Below are positions 42,701-57,896 of a stretch of DNA of 64,000 bases, piece by piece (the stretch's first letter is position 1; the number at the start of each line of letters is the position of its first letter). The notes below the pieces were generated by a model. The model was given only the letters and a program-made list of their open reading frames with translations. It did no database searches and was not told the DNA's origin. The stretch is taken from contig OZ059896.1 of NCBI GenBank assembly GCA_964057225.1, positions 22,320,001-22,384,000 of the forward strand. Direction: 5' to 3'. The position numbers and the translations under genes were made by a program. The stretch is from Auanema rhodensis. Lineage: Eukaryota > Animalia > Nematoda.

Positions 42701-45700
42701 TCACCCTGAAGAATTAATTTTTTCGTTGAATAACATTGTCCATCGTCTTTGCCTTGAATAAAGGAATCTAAAAACATCTACTTTTTGCTAAATTATTTTG
42801 AAATTTTTCGAAAAAATTTTTGTCAAAATGTTTTTGGAAGCAATGTTGAGTGTACATGGAAACTCAACATACACTAATGCATCATTTTTCAAACGATCAT
42901 AACTAATTTTTGTATCAAGCGTTTCTCAATGTAGTATAGTGCATTCGATGCGAATTTTTAAGCTGCGTCGATCTGTGTTATCAGATTTGCGCTAGCTTAA
43001 AAATGCACCGAGATATCAACTGATATAAGTTCACACTTATATCCTCGATTTTCACCCTGAAGAATTAATTTTTTCGTTGAATAACATTGTCCATCGTCTT
43101 TGCCTTGAAAACTGGAATCTAAAAACATCTACTTTTTGCTAAATTATTTTGAATTTTTTCGAAAAAATTTTTGTCAAAATGTTTTTGGAAGCAATGTTGA
43201 GTGTACATGGAAACTCAACATACACTAATGCATCATTTTTCAAACGATCATAACTAATTTTTGTATCAAGCGTTTCTCAATGTAGTATAGTGCATTCGAT
43301 GCGGATTTTTAAGCTGCGTCGATCTGTGTTATCAGATTTGCGCTAGCTTAAAAATGCACCGAGATATCAACTGATATAAGTTCACACTTATATCCTCGAT
43401 TTTCACCCTGAAGAATTAATTTTTTCGTTGAATAACATTGTCCATCGTCTTTGCCTTGAATAAAGGAATCTAAAAACATCTACTTTTTGCTAAATTATTT
43501 TGAAATTTTTCGAAAAAATTTTTGTCAAAATGTTTTTGGAAGCAATGTTGAGTGTACATGGAAACTCAACATACACTAATGCATCATTTTTCAAACGATC
43601 ATAACTAATTTTTGTATCAAGCGTTTCTCAATGTAGTATAGTGCATTCGATGCGAATTTTTAAGCTGCGTCGATCTGTGTTATCAGATTTGCGCTAGCTT
43701 AAAAATGCACCGAGATATCAACTGATATAAGTTCACACTTATATCCTCGATTTTCACCCTGAAGAATTAATTTTTTCGTTGAATAACATTGTCCATCGTC
43801 TTTGCCTTGAAAACTGGAATCTAAAAACATCTACTTTTTGCTAAATTATTTTGAATTTTTTCGAAAAAATTTTTGTCAAAATGTTTTTGGAAGCAATGTT
43901 GAGTGTACATGGAAACTCAACATACACTAATGCATCATTTTTCAAACGATCATAACTAGTTTTTGTATCAAGCGTTTCTCAATGTAGTATAGTGCATTCG
44001 ATGCGGATTTTTAAGCTGCGTCGATCTGTGTTATCAGATTTGCGCTAGCTTAAAAATGCACCGAGATATCAACTGATATAAGTTCACACTTATATCCTCG
44101 ATTTTCACCCTGAAGAATTAATTTTTTCGTTGAATAACATTGTCCATCGTCTTTGCCTTGGATAAAGGGATCTAAAAACATCTACTTTTGCTAAATTATT
44201 TTGAAATTTTTCGAAAAAATTTTTGTCAAAATGTTTTTGGAAGCAATGTTGAGTGTACATGGAAACTCAACATACACTAATGCATCATTTTTCAAACGAT
44301 CATAACTAATTTTTGTATCAAGCGTTTCTCAATGTAGTATAGTGCATTCGATGCGGATTTTTAAGCTGCGTCGATCTCTGTTATCAGATTTGCGCTAGCT
44401 TAAAAATGCACCGAGATATCAACTGATATAAGTTCACACTTATATCCTCGATTTTCACCCTGAAGGAATAATTTTTTCGTTGAATAACATTGTCCATCGT
44501 CTTTGCCTTGAAAAAAGGAATCTAAAAACATCTACTTTTTGCTAAATTATTTTGAAATTTTTCGAAAAAATTTTTGTCAAAATGTTTTTGGAAGCAATGT
44601 TGAGTGTACATGGAAACTCAACATACACTAATGCATCATTTTTCAAACGATCATAACTAATTTTTGTATCAAGCGTTTCTCAATGTAGTATAGTGCATTC
44701 GATGCGGATTTTTAAGCTGCGTCGATCTGTGTTATCAGATTTGCGCTAGCTTAAAAATGCACCGAGATATCAACTGATATAAGTTCACACTTATATCCTC
44801 GATTTTCACCCTGAAGAATTAATTTTTTCGTTGAATAACATTGTCCATCGTCTTTGCCTTGAATAAAGGAATCTAAAAACATCTACTTTTTGCTAAATTA
44901 TTTTGAAATTTTTCGAAAAAATTTTTGTCAAAATGTTTTTGGAAGCAATGTTGAGTGTACATGGAAACTCAACATACACTAATGCATCATTTTTCAAACG
45001 ATCATAACTAATTTTTGTATCAAGCGTTTCTCAATGTAGTATAGTGCATTCGATGCGGATTTTTAAGCTGCGTCGATCTGTGTTATCAGATTTGCGCTAG
45101 CTTAAAAATGCACCGAGATATCAACTGATATAAGTTCACACTTATATCCTCGATTTTCACCCTGAAGAATTAATTTTTTCGTTGAATAACATTGTCCATC
45201 GTCTTTGCCTTGAATAAAGGAATCTAAAAACATCTACTTTTTGCTAAATTATTTTGAAATTTTTCGAAAAAATTTTTGTCAAAATGTTTTTGGAAGCAAT
45301 GTTGAGTGTACATGGAAACTCAACATACACTAATGCATCATTTTTCAAACGATCATAACTAATTTTTGTATTAAGCGTTTTTCAATGTAGTATAGTGCAT
45401 TCGATGCGGATTTTTAAGCTGCGTCGATCTGTGTTATCAGATTTGCGCTAGCTTAAAAATGCACCAAGATATCAACTGATATAAGTTCACACTTATATCC
45501 TCGATTTTCACCCTAAAGAATTAATTTTTTCGTTGAATAACATTGTCCATCGTCTTTGCCTTGAATAAAGGAATCTAAAAACATCTACTTTTTGCTAAAT
45601 TATTTCGAAATTTTTCGAAAAAATTTTTGTCAAAATGTTTTTGGAAGCAATGTTGAGTGTACATGGAAACTCAACATACACTAATGCATCATTTTTCAAA

Positions 45701-48434
45701 CGATCATAACTAATTTTTGTATCAAGCGTTTCCCAATGTAGTATAGTGCATTCGATGCGGATTTTTAAGCTGCGTCGATCTGTGTTATCAGATTTGCGCT
45801 AGCTTAAAAATGCACCGAGATATCAACTGATATAAGTTCACACTTATATCCTCGATTTTCACCCTGAAGAATTAATTTTTTCGTTGAATAACATTGTCCA
45901 TCGTCTTTGCCTTGAATAAAGGGATCTAAAAACATCTACTTTTGCTAAATTATTTTGAAATTTTTCGAAAAAATTTTTGTCAAAATGTTTTTGGAAGCAA
46001 TGTTGAGTGTACATGGAAACTCAACATACACTAATGCATCATTTTTCAAACGATCATAACTAATTTTTGTATCAAGCGTTTCTCAATGTAGTATAGTGCA
46101 TTCGATGCGGATTTTTAAGCTGCGTCGATCTCTGTTATCAGATTTGCGCTAGCTTAAAAATGCACCGAGATATCAACTGATATAAGTTCACACTTATATC
46201 CTCGATTTTCACCCTGAAGAATTAATTTTTTCGTTGAATAACATTGTCCATCGTCTTTGCCTTGAATAAAAGAATCTAAAAACATCTACTTTTTGCTAAA
46301 TTATTTTGAAATTTTTCGAAAAAATTTTTGTCAAAATGTTTTTGGAAGCAATGTTGAGTGTACATGGAAACTCAACATACACTAATGCATCATTTTTCAA
46401 ACGATCATAACTAATTTTTGTATCAAGCGTTTCTCAATGTAGTATAGTGCATTCGATGCGAATTTTTAAGCTGCGTCGATCTGTGTTATCAGATTTGCGC
46501 TAGCTTAAAAATGCACCGAGATATCAACTGATATAAGTTCACACTTATATCCTCGATTTTCACCCTGAAGAATTAATTTTTTCGTTGAATAACATTGTCC
46601 ATCGTCTTTGCCTTGAAAACTGGAATCTAAAAACATCTACTTTTTGCTAAATTATTTTGAATTTTTTCGAAAAAATTTTTGTCAAAATGTTTTTGGAAGC
46701 AATGTTGAGTGTACATGGAAACTCAACATACACTAATGCATCATTTTTCAAACGATCATAACTAATTTTTGTATCAAGCGTTTCTCAATGTAGTATAGTG
46801 CATTCGATGCGGATTTTTAAGCTGCGTCGATCTGTGTTATCAGATTTGCGCTAGCTTAAAAATGCACCGAGATATCAACTGATATAAGTTCACACTTATA
46901 TCCTCGATTTTCACCCTGAAGAATTAATTTTTTCGTTGAATAACATTGTCCATCGTCTTTGCCTTGAATAAAGGAATCTAAAAACATCTACTTTTTGCTA
47001 AATTATTTTGAAATTTTTCGAAAAAATTTTTGTCAAAATGTTTTTGGAAGCAATGTTGAGTGTACATGGAAACTCAACATACACTAATGCATCATTTTTC
47101 AAACGATCATAACTAATTTTTGTATCAAGCGTTTCTCAATGTAGTATAGTGCATTCGATGCGAATTTTTAAGCTGCGTCGATCTGTGTTATCAGATTTGC
47201 GCTAGCTTAAAAATGCACCGAGATATCAACTGATATAAGTTCACACTTATATCCTCGATTTTCACCCTGAAGAATTAATTTTTTCGTTGAATAACATTGT
47301 CCATCGTCTTTGCCTTGAAAAAAGGAATCTAAAAACATCTACTTTTTGCTAAATTATTTTGAAATTTTTCGAAAAAATTTTTGTCAAAATGTTTTTGGAA
47401 GCAATGTTGAGTGTACATGGAAACTCAACATACACTAATGCATCATTTTTCAAACGATCATAACTAGTTTTTGTATCAAGCGTTTCTCAATGTAGTATAG
47501 TGCATTCGATGCGGATTTTTAAGCTGCGTCGATCTGTGTTATCAGATTTGCGCTAGCTTAAAAATGCACCGAGATATCAACTGATATAAGTTCACACTTA
47601 TATCCTCGATTTTCACCCTGAAGAATTAATTTTTTCGTTGAATAACATTGTCCATCGTCTTTGCCTTGAATAAAGGGATCTAAAAACATCTACTTTTGCT
47701 AAATTATTTTGAAATTTTTCGAAAAAATTTTTGTCAAAATGTTTTTGGAAGCAATGTTGAGTGTACATGGAAACTCAACATACACTAATGCATCATTTTT
47801 CAAACGATCATAACTAATTTTTGTATCAAGCGTTTCTCAATGTAGTATAGTGCATTCGATGCGGATTTTTAAGCTGCGTCGATCTCTGTTATCAGATTTG
47901 CGCTAGCTTAAAAATGCACCGAGATATCAACTGATATAAGTTCACACTTATATCCTCGATTTTCACCCTGAAGGAATAATTTTTTCGTTGAATAACATTG
48001 TCCATCGTCTTTGCCTTGAAAAAAGGAATCTAAAAACATCTACTTTTTGCTAAATTATTTTGAAATTTTTCGAAAAAATTTTTGTCAAAATGTTTTTGGA
48101 AGCAATGTTGAGTGTACATGGAAACTCAACATACACTAATGCATCATTTTTCAAACGATCATAACTAATTTTTGTATCAAGCGTTTCTCAATGTAGTATA
48201 GTGCATTCGATGCGGATTTTTAAGCTGCGTCGATCTGTGTTATCAGATTTGCGCTAGCTTAAAAATGCACCGAGATATCAACTGATATAAGTTCACACTT
48301 ATATCCTCGATTTTCACCCTGAAGAATTAATTTTTTCGTTGAATAACATTGTCCATCGTCTTTGCCTTGAATAAAGGAATTTAAAAACATCTACTTTTTG
48401 CTAAATTATTTTGAAATTTTTCGAAAAAATTTTT

Positions 48435-51400
48435 GTCAAAATGTTTTTGGAAGCAATGTTGAGTGTACATGGAAACTCAACATACACTAATGCATCATTT
48501 TTCAAACGATCATAACTAATTTTTGTATCAAGCGTTTCTCAATGTAGTATAGTGCATTCGATGCGGATTTTTAAGCTGCGTCGATCTGTGTTATCAGATT
48601 TGCGCTAGCTTAAAAATGCACCGAGATATCAACTGATATAAGTTCACACTTATATCCTCGATTTTCACCCTGAAGAATTAATTTTTTCGTTGAATAACAT
48701 TGTCCATCGTCTTTGCCTTGAATAAAGGAATCTAAAAACATCTACTTTTTGCTAAATTATTTTGAAATTTTTCGAAAAAATTTTTGTCAAAATGTTTTTG
48801 GAAGCAATGTTGAGTGTACATGGAAACTCAACATACACTAATGCATCATTTTTCAAACGATCATAACTAATTTTTGTATTAAGCGTTTCTCAATGTAGTA
48901 TAGTGCATTCGATGCGGATTTTTAAGCTGCGTCGATCTGTGTTATCAGATTTGCGCTAGCTTAAAAATGCACCGAGATATCAACTGATATAAGTTCACAC
49001 TTATATCCTCGATTTTCACCCTGAAGAAATACTTTTTCCGTTGAATAACATTGTCCATCGTCTTTGCCTTGAAAAAAGGAATCTAAAAACATCTACTTTT
49101 TGCTAAATTATTTCGAAATTTTTCGAAAAAATTTTTGTCAAAATGTTTTTGGAAGCAATGTTGAGTGTACATGGAAACTCAACATACACTAATGCATCAT
49201 TTTTCAAACGATCATAACTAATTTTTGTATCAAGCGTTTCTCAATGTAGTATAGTGCATTCGATGCCGATTTTTAAGCTGCGTCGATCTGTGTTATCAGA
49301 TTTGCGCTAGCTTAAAAATGCACCGAGATATCAACTGATATAAGTTCACACTTATATCCTCGATTTTCACCCTGAAGAATTAATTTTTTCGTTGAATAAC
49401 ATTGTCCATCGTCTTTGCCTTGAATAAAGGAATCTAAAAACATCTACTTTTTGCTAAATTATTTTGAAATTTTTCGAAAAAATTTTTGTCAAAATGTTTT
49501 TGGAAGCAATGTTGAGTGTACATGGAAACTCAACATACACTAATGCATCATTTTTCAAACGATCATAACTAATTTTTGTATCAAGCGTTTCTCAATGTAG
49601 TATAGTGCATTCGATGCGGATTTTTAAGCTGCGTCGATCTGTGTTATCAGATTTGCGCTAGCTTAAAAATGCACCGAGATATCAACTGATATAAGTTCAC
49701 ACTTATATCCTCGATTTTCACCCTGAAGAATTAATTTTTTCGTTGAATAACATTGTCCATCGTCTTTGCCTTGAAAACTGGAATCTAAAAACATCTACTT
49801 TTTGCTAAATTATTTTGAAATTTTTCGAAAAAATTTTTGTCAAAATGTTTTTGGAAGCAATGTTGAGTGTACATGGAAACTCAACATACACTAATGCATC
49901 ATTTTTCAAACGATCATAACTAATTTTTGTATTAAGCGTTTCTCAATGTAGTATAGTGCATTCGATGCGGATTTTTAAGCTGCGTCGATCTCTGTTATCA
50001 GATTTGCGCTAGCTTAAAAATGCACCGAGATATCAACTGATATAAGTTCACACTTATATCCTCGATTTTCACCCTGAAGGAATAATTTTTTCGTTGAATA
50101 ACATTGTCCATCGTCTTTGCCTTGAAAAAAGGAATCTAAAAACATCTACTTTTTGCTAAATTATTTTGAAATTTTTCGAAAAAATTTTTGTCAAAATGTT
50201 TTTGGAAGCAATGTTGAGTGTACATGGAAACTCAACATACACTAATGCATCATTTTTCAAACGATCATAACTAATTTTTGTATCAAGCGTTTCTCAATGT
50301 AGTATAGTGCATTCGATGCGGATTTTTAAGCTGCGTCGATCTGTGTTATCAGATTTGCGCTAGCTTAAAAATGCACCGAGATATCAACTGATATAAGTTC
50401 ACACTTATATCCTCGATTTTCACCCTGAAGAATTAATTTTTTCGTTGAATAACATTGTCCATCGTCTTTGCCTTGAATAAAGGAATCTAAAAACATCTAC
50501 TTTTTGCTAAATTATTTTGAAATTTTTCGAAAAAATTTTTGTCAAAATGTTTTTGGAAGCAATGTTGAGTGTACATGGAAACTCAACATACACTAATGCA
50601 TCATTTTTCAAACGATCATAACTAATTTTTGTATTAAGCGTTTCTCAATGTAGTATAGTGCATTCGATGCGGATTTTTAAGCTGCGTCGATCTGTGTTAT
50701 CAGATTTGCGCTAGCTTAAAAATGCACCGAGATATCAACTGATATAAGTTCACACTTATATCCTCGATTTTCACCCTGAAGAAATACTTTTTCCGTTGAA
50801 TAACATTGTCCATCGTCTTTGCCTTGAAAAAAGGAATCTAAAAACATCTACTTTTTGCTAAATTATTTCGAAATTTTTCGAAAAAATTTTTGTCAAAATG
50901 TTTTTGGAAGCAATGTTGAGTGTACATGGAAACTCAACATACACTAATGCATCATTTTTCAAACGATCATAACTAATTTTTGTATCAAGCGTTTCTCAAT
51001 GTAGTATAGTGCATTCGATGCCGATTTTTAAGCTGCGTCGATCTGTGTTATCAGATTTGCGCTAGCTTAAAAATGCACCGAGATATCAACTGATATAAGT
51101 TCACACTTATATCCTCGATTTTCACCCTGAAGAATTAATTTTTTCGTTGAATAACATTGTCCATCGTCTTTGCCTTGAATAAAGGAATCTAAAAACATCT
51201 ACTTTTTGCTAAATTATTTTGAAATTTTTCGAAAAAATTTTTGTCAAAATGTTTTTGGAAGCAATGTTGAGTGTACATGGAAACTCAACATACACTAATG
51301 CATCATTTTTCAAACGATCATAACTAATTTTTGTATCAAGCGTTTCTCAATGTAGTATAGTGCATTCGATGCGGATTTTTAAGCTGCGTCGATCTGTGTT

Positions 51401-52295
51401 ATCAGATTTGCGCTAGCTTAAAAATGCACCGAGATATCAACTGATATAAGTTCACACTTATATCCTCGATTTTCACCCTGAAGAATTAATTTTTTCGTTG
51501 AATAACATTGTCCATCGTCTTTGCCTTGAAAACTGGAATCTAAAAACATCTACTTTTTGCTAAATTATTTTGAAATTTTTCGAAAAAATTTTTGTCAAAA
51601 TGTTTTTGGAAGCAATGTTGAGTGTACATGGAAACTCAACATACACTAATGCATCATTTTTCAAACGATCATAACTAATTTTTGTATTAAGCGTTTCTCA
51701 ATGTAGTATAGTGCATTCGATGCGGATTTTTAAGCTGCGTCGATCTCTGTTATCAGATTTGCGCTAGCTTAAAAATGCACCGAGATATCAACTGATATAA
51801 GTTCACACTTATATCCTCGATTTTCACCCTGAAGGAATAATTTTTTCGTTGAATAACATTGTCCATCGTCTTTGCCTTGAAAAAAGGAATCTAAAAACAT
51901 CTACTTTTTGCTAAATTATTTTGAAATTTTTCGAAAAAATTTTTGTCAAAATGTTTTTGGAAGCAATGTTGAGTGTACATGGAAACTCAACATACACTAA
52001 TGCATCATTTTTCAAACGATCATAACTAATTTTTGTATCAAGCGTTTCTCAATGTAGTATAGTGCATTCGATGCGGATTTTTAAGCTGCGTCGATCTGTG
52101 TTATCAGATTTGCGCTAGCTTAAAAATGCACCGAGATATCAACTGATATAAGTTCACACTTATATCCTCGATTTTCACCCTGAAGAATTAATTTTTTCGT
52201 TGAATAACATTGTCCATCGTCTTTGCCTTGAATAAAGGAATCTAAAAACATCTACTTTTTGCTAAATTATTTTGAAATTTTTCGAAAAAATTTTT
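48435..52295. repeat. 5-monomer (1755-bp) tandem duplication, D-A-D-C'-B twice plus D
   Basis: Private variant gatgcCgat at 49267 and 51022 (1755 bp apart), with identical subtype order in both copies. Confidence 0.9.
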
Positions 52296-55200
52296 GTCAA
52301 AATGTTTTTGGAAGCAATGTTGAGTGTACATGGAAACTCAACATACACTAATGCATCATTTTTCAAACGATCATAACTAATTTTTGTATTAAGCGTTTTT
52401 CAATGTAGTATAGTGCATTCGATGCGGATTTTTAAGCTGCGTCGATCTGTGTTATCAGATTTGCGCTAGCTTAAAAATGCACCAAGATATCAACTGATAT
52501 AAGTTCACACTTATATCCTCGATTTTCACCCTAAAGAATTAATTTTTTCGTTGAATAACATTGTCCATCGTCTTTGCCTTGAATAAAGGAATCTAAAAAC
52601 ATCTACTTTTTGCTAAATTATTTCGAAATTTTTCGAAAAAATTTTTGTCAAAATGTTTTTGGAAGCAATGTTGAGTGTACATGGAAACTCAACATACACT
52701 AATGCATCATTTTTCAAACGATCATAACTAATTTTTGTATTAAGCGTTTCTCAATGTAATATAGTGCATTCAATGCGGATTTTTAAGCTGCGTCGATCTG
52801 TGTTATCAGATTTGCGCTAGCTTAAAAATGCACCGAGATATCAACTGATATAAGTTCACACTTATATCCTCGATTTTCACCCTGAAGAATTAATTTTTTC
52901 GTTGAATAACACTGTCCATCGTCTTTGCCTTGAAAAATGGAATCTAAAAACATCTACTTTTTGCTAAATTATTTTGAAATTTTTCGAAAAAATTTTTGTC
53001 AAAATGTTTTTGGAAGCAATGTTGAGTGTACATGGAAACTCAACATACACTAATGCATCATTTTTCAAACGATCATAACTAATTTTTGTATTAAGCGTTT
53101 TTCAATGTAGTATAGTGCATTCGATGCGGATTTTTAAGCTGCGTCGATCTGTGTTATCAGATTTGCGCTAGCTTAAAAATGCACCAAGATATCAACTGAT
53201 ATAAGTTCACACTTATATCCTCGATTTTCACCCTAAAGAATTAATTTTTTCGTTGAATAACATTGTCCATCGTCTTTGCCTTGAAAACTGGAATCTAAAA
53301 ACATCTACTTTTTGCTAAATTATTTCGAAATTTTTCGAAAAAATTTTTGTCAAAATGTTTTTGGAAGCAATGTTGAGTGTACATGGAAACTCAACATACA
53401 CTAATGCATCATTTTTCAAACGATCATAACTAATTTTTGTATTAAGCGTTTTTCAATGTAGTATAGTGCATTCGATGCGGATTTTTAAGCTGCGTCGATC
53501 TGTGTTATCAGATTTGCGCTAGCTTAAAAATGCACCAAGATATCAACTGATATAAGTTCACACTTATATCCTCGATTTTCACCCTAAAGAATTAATTTTT
53601 TCGTTGAATAACATTGTCCATCGTCTTTGCCTTGAATAAAGGAATTTAAAAACATCTACTTTTTGCTGAATTATTTCGAAATTTTTCGAAAAAATTTTTG
53701 TCAAAATGTTTTTGGAAGCAATGTTGAGTGTACATGGAAACTCAACATACACTAATGCATCATTTTTCAAACGATCATAACTAATTTTTGTATTAAGCGT
53801 TTTTCAATGTAGTATAGTGCATTCGATGCGGATTTTTAAGCTGCGTCGATCTGTGTTATCAGATTTGCGCTAGCTTAAAAATGCACCAAGATATCAACTG
53901 ATATAAGTTCACACTTATATCCTCGATTTTCACCCTAAAGAATTAATTTTTTCGTTGAATAACATTGTCCATCGTCTTTGCCTTGAATAAAGGAATTTAA
54001 AAACATCTACTTTTTGCTAAATTATTTCGAAATTTTTCGAAAAAATTTTTGTCAAAATGTTTTTGGAAGCAATGTTGAGTGTACATGGAAACTCAACATA
54101 CACTAATGCATCATTTTTCAAACGATCATAACTAATTTTTGTATTAAGCGTTTTTCAATGTAGTATAGTGCATTCGATGCGGATTTTTAAGCTGCGTCGA
54201 TCTGTGTTATCAGATTTGCGCTAGCTTAAAAATGCACCAAGATATCAACTGATATAAGTTCACACTTATATCCTCGATTTTCACCCTAAAGAATTAATTT
54301 TTTCGTTGAATAACATTGTCCATCGTCTTTGCCTTGAATAAAGGAATTTAAAAACATCTACTTTTTGCTAAATTATTTCGAAATTTTTCGAAAAAATTTT
54401 TGTCAAAATGTTTTTGGAAGCAATGTTGAGTGTACATGGAAACTCAACATACACTAATGCATCATTTTTCAAACGATCATAACTAATTTTTGTATTAAGC
54501 GTTTTTCAATGTAGTATAGTGCATTCGATGCGGATTTTTAAGCTGCGTCGATCTGTGTTATCAGATTTGCGCTAGCTTAAAAATGCACCAAGATATCAAC
54601 TGATATAAGTTCACACTTATATCCTCGATTTTCACCCTGAAGAATTAATTTTTTCGTTGAATAACACTGTCCATCGTCTTTGCTTTGAAAAATGGAATCT
54701 AAAAACATCTACTTTTTGCTAAATTATTTTGAAATTTTTCGAAAAAATTTTTGGAAGCAATGTTGAGTGTACATGGAAACTCAACATACACTAATGCATC
54801 ATTTTTCAAACGATCATAACTAATTTTTGTATTAAGCGTTTCTCAATGTAGTATAGTGCATTCGATGCGGATTTTTAAGCTGCGTCGATCTGTGTTATCA
54901 GATTTGCGCTAGCTTAAAAATGCACCGAGATATCAACTGATATAAGTTCACACTTATATCCTCGATTTTCACCCTGAAGAAATAATTTTTCCGTTGAATA
55001 ACATTGTCCATCGTCTTTGCCTTGAAAAATGGAATCTAAAAACATCTACTTTTTGCTAAATTATTTTGAAATTTTTCGAAAAAATTTTTGTCAAAATGTT
55101 TTTGGAAGCAATGTTGAGTGTACATGGAAACTCAACATACACTAATGCATCATTTTTCAAACGATCATAACTAATTTTTGTATTAAGCGTTTCTCAATGT

Positions 55201-57896
55201 AGTATAGTGCATTCGATGCGGATTTTTAAGCTGCGTCGATCTCTGTTATCAGATTTGCGCTAGCTTAAAAATGCACCGAGATATCAACTGATATAAGTTC
55301 ACACTTATATCCTCGATTTTCACCCTGAAGGAATAATTTTTTCGTTGAATAACATTGTCCATCGTCTTTGCCTTGAAAAAAGGAATCTAAAAACATCTAC
55401 TTTTTGCTAAATTATTTTGAAATTTTTCGAAAAAATTTTTGTCAAAATGTTTTTGGAAGCAATGTTGAGTGTACATGGAAACTCAACATACACTAATGCA
55501 TCATTTTTCAAACGATCATAACTAATTTTTGTATTAAGCGTTTCTCAATGTAGTATAGTGCATTCGATGCGGATTTTTATGCTGCGTCGATCTGTGTTAT
55601 CAGATTTGCGCTAGCTTAAAAATGCACCAAGATATCAACTGATATAAGTTCACACTTATATCCTCGATTTTCACCCTAAAGAATTAATTTTTTCGTTGAA
55701 TAACATTGTCCATCGTCTTTGCCTTGAATAAAGGAATCTAAAAACATCTACTTTTTGCTAAATTATTTCGAAATTTTTCGAAAAAATTTTTGTCAAAATG
55801 TTTTTGGAAGCAATGTTGAGTGTACATGGAAACTCAACATACACTAATGCATCATTTTTCAAACGATCATAACTAATTTTTGTATTAAGCGTTTCTCAAT
55901 GTAGTATAGTGCATTCAATGCGGTTTTTAAGCTGCGTCGATCTGTGTTATCAGATTTGCGCTAGCTTAAAAATGCACCGAGATATCAACTGATATAAGTT
56001 CACACTTATATCCTCGATTTTCACCCTGAAGAATTAATTTTTTCGTTGAATAACACTGTCCATCGTCTTTGCCTTGAAAAATGGAATCTAAAAACATCTA
56101 CTTTTTGCTAAATTATTTTGAAATTTTTCGAAAAAATTTTTGTCAAAATGTTTTTGGAAGCAATGTTGAGTGTACATGGAAACTCAACATACACTAATGC
56201 ATCATTTTTCAAACGATCATAACTAATTTTTGTATTAAGCGTTTTTCAATGTAGTATAGTGCATTCGATGCGGATTTTTAAGCTGCGTCGATCTGTGTTA
56301 TCAGATTTGCGCTAGCTTAAAAATGCACCAAGATATCAACTGATATAAGTTCACACTTATATCCTCGATTTTCACCCTAAAGAATTAATTTTTTCGTTGA
56401 ATAACATTGTCCATCGTCTTTGCCTTGAAAAAAGGAATCTAAAAACATCTACTTTTTGCTAAATTATTTTGAAATTTTTCGAAAAAATTTTTGTCAAAAT
56501 GTTTTTGGAAGCAATGTTGAGTGTACATGGAAACTCAACATACACTAATGCATCATTTTTCAAACGATCATAACTAATTTTTGTATTAAGCGTTTCTCAA
56601 TGTAGTATAGTGCATTCGATGCGGATTTTTAAGCTGCGTCGATCTGTGTTATCAGATTTGCGCTAGCTTAAAAATGCACCAAGATATCAACTGATATAAG
56701 TTCACACTTATATCCTCGATTTTCACCCTAAAGAATTAATTTTTTCGTTGAATAACATTGTCCATCGTCTTTGCCTTGAATAAAGGAATCTAAAAACATC
56801 TACTTTTTGCTAAATTATTTCGAAATTTTTCGAAAAAATTTTTGTCAAAATGTTTTTGGAAGCAATGTTGAGTGTACATGGAAACTCAACATACACTAAT
56901 GCATCATTTTTCAAACGATCATAACTAATTTTTGTATTAAGCGTTTCTCAATGTAGTATAGTGCATTCAATGCGGATTTTTAAGCTGCGTCGATCTGTGT
57001 TATCAGATTTGCGCTAGCTTAAAAATGCACCGAGATATCAACTGATATAAGTTCACACTTATATCCTCGATTTTCACCCTGAAGAATTAATTTTTTCGTT
57101 GAATAACACTGTCCATCGTCTTTGCCTTGAAAAATGGAATCTAAAAACATCTACTTTTTGCTAAATTATTTTGAAATTTTTCGAAAAAATTTTTGTCAAA
57201 ATGTTTTTGGAAGCAATGTTGAGTGTACATGGAAACTCAACATACACTAATGCATCATTTTTCAAACGATCATAACTAATTTTTGTATTAAGCGTTTTTC
57301 AATGTAGTATAGTGCATTCGATGCGGATTTTTAAGCTGCGTCGATCTGTGTTATCAGATTTGCGCTAGCTTAAAAATGCACCAAGATATCAACTGATATA
57401 AGTTCACACTTATATCCTCGATTTTCACCCTAAAGAATTAATTTTTTCGTTGAATAACATTGTCCATCGTCTTTGCCTTGAATAAAGGAATTTAAAAACA
57501 TCTACTTTTTGCTAAATTATTTCGAAATTTTTCGAAAAAATTTTTGTCAAAATGTTTTTGGAAGCAATGTTGAGTGTACATGGAAACTCAACATACACTA
57601 ATGCATCATTTTTCAAACGATCATAACTAATTTTTGTATTAAGCGTTTCTCAATGTAGTATAGTGCATTCGATGCGGATTTTTAAGCTGCGTCGATCTGT
57701 GTTATCAGATTTGCGCTAGCTTAAAAATGCACCAAGATATCAACTGATATAAGTTCACACTTATATCCTCGATTTTCACCCTAAAGAATTAATTTTTTCG
57801 TTGAATAACACTGTCCATCGTCTTTGCCTTGAATAAAGGAATCTAAAAACATCTACTTTTTGCTAAATTATTTCGAAATTTTTCGAAAAAATTTTT

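Noticed and set aside
53579-53770. Eighth copy of the 63-aa ORF
   Set aside because: Same stop-removing substitution (53668) in an E-type monomer; no sign of coding function.
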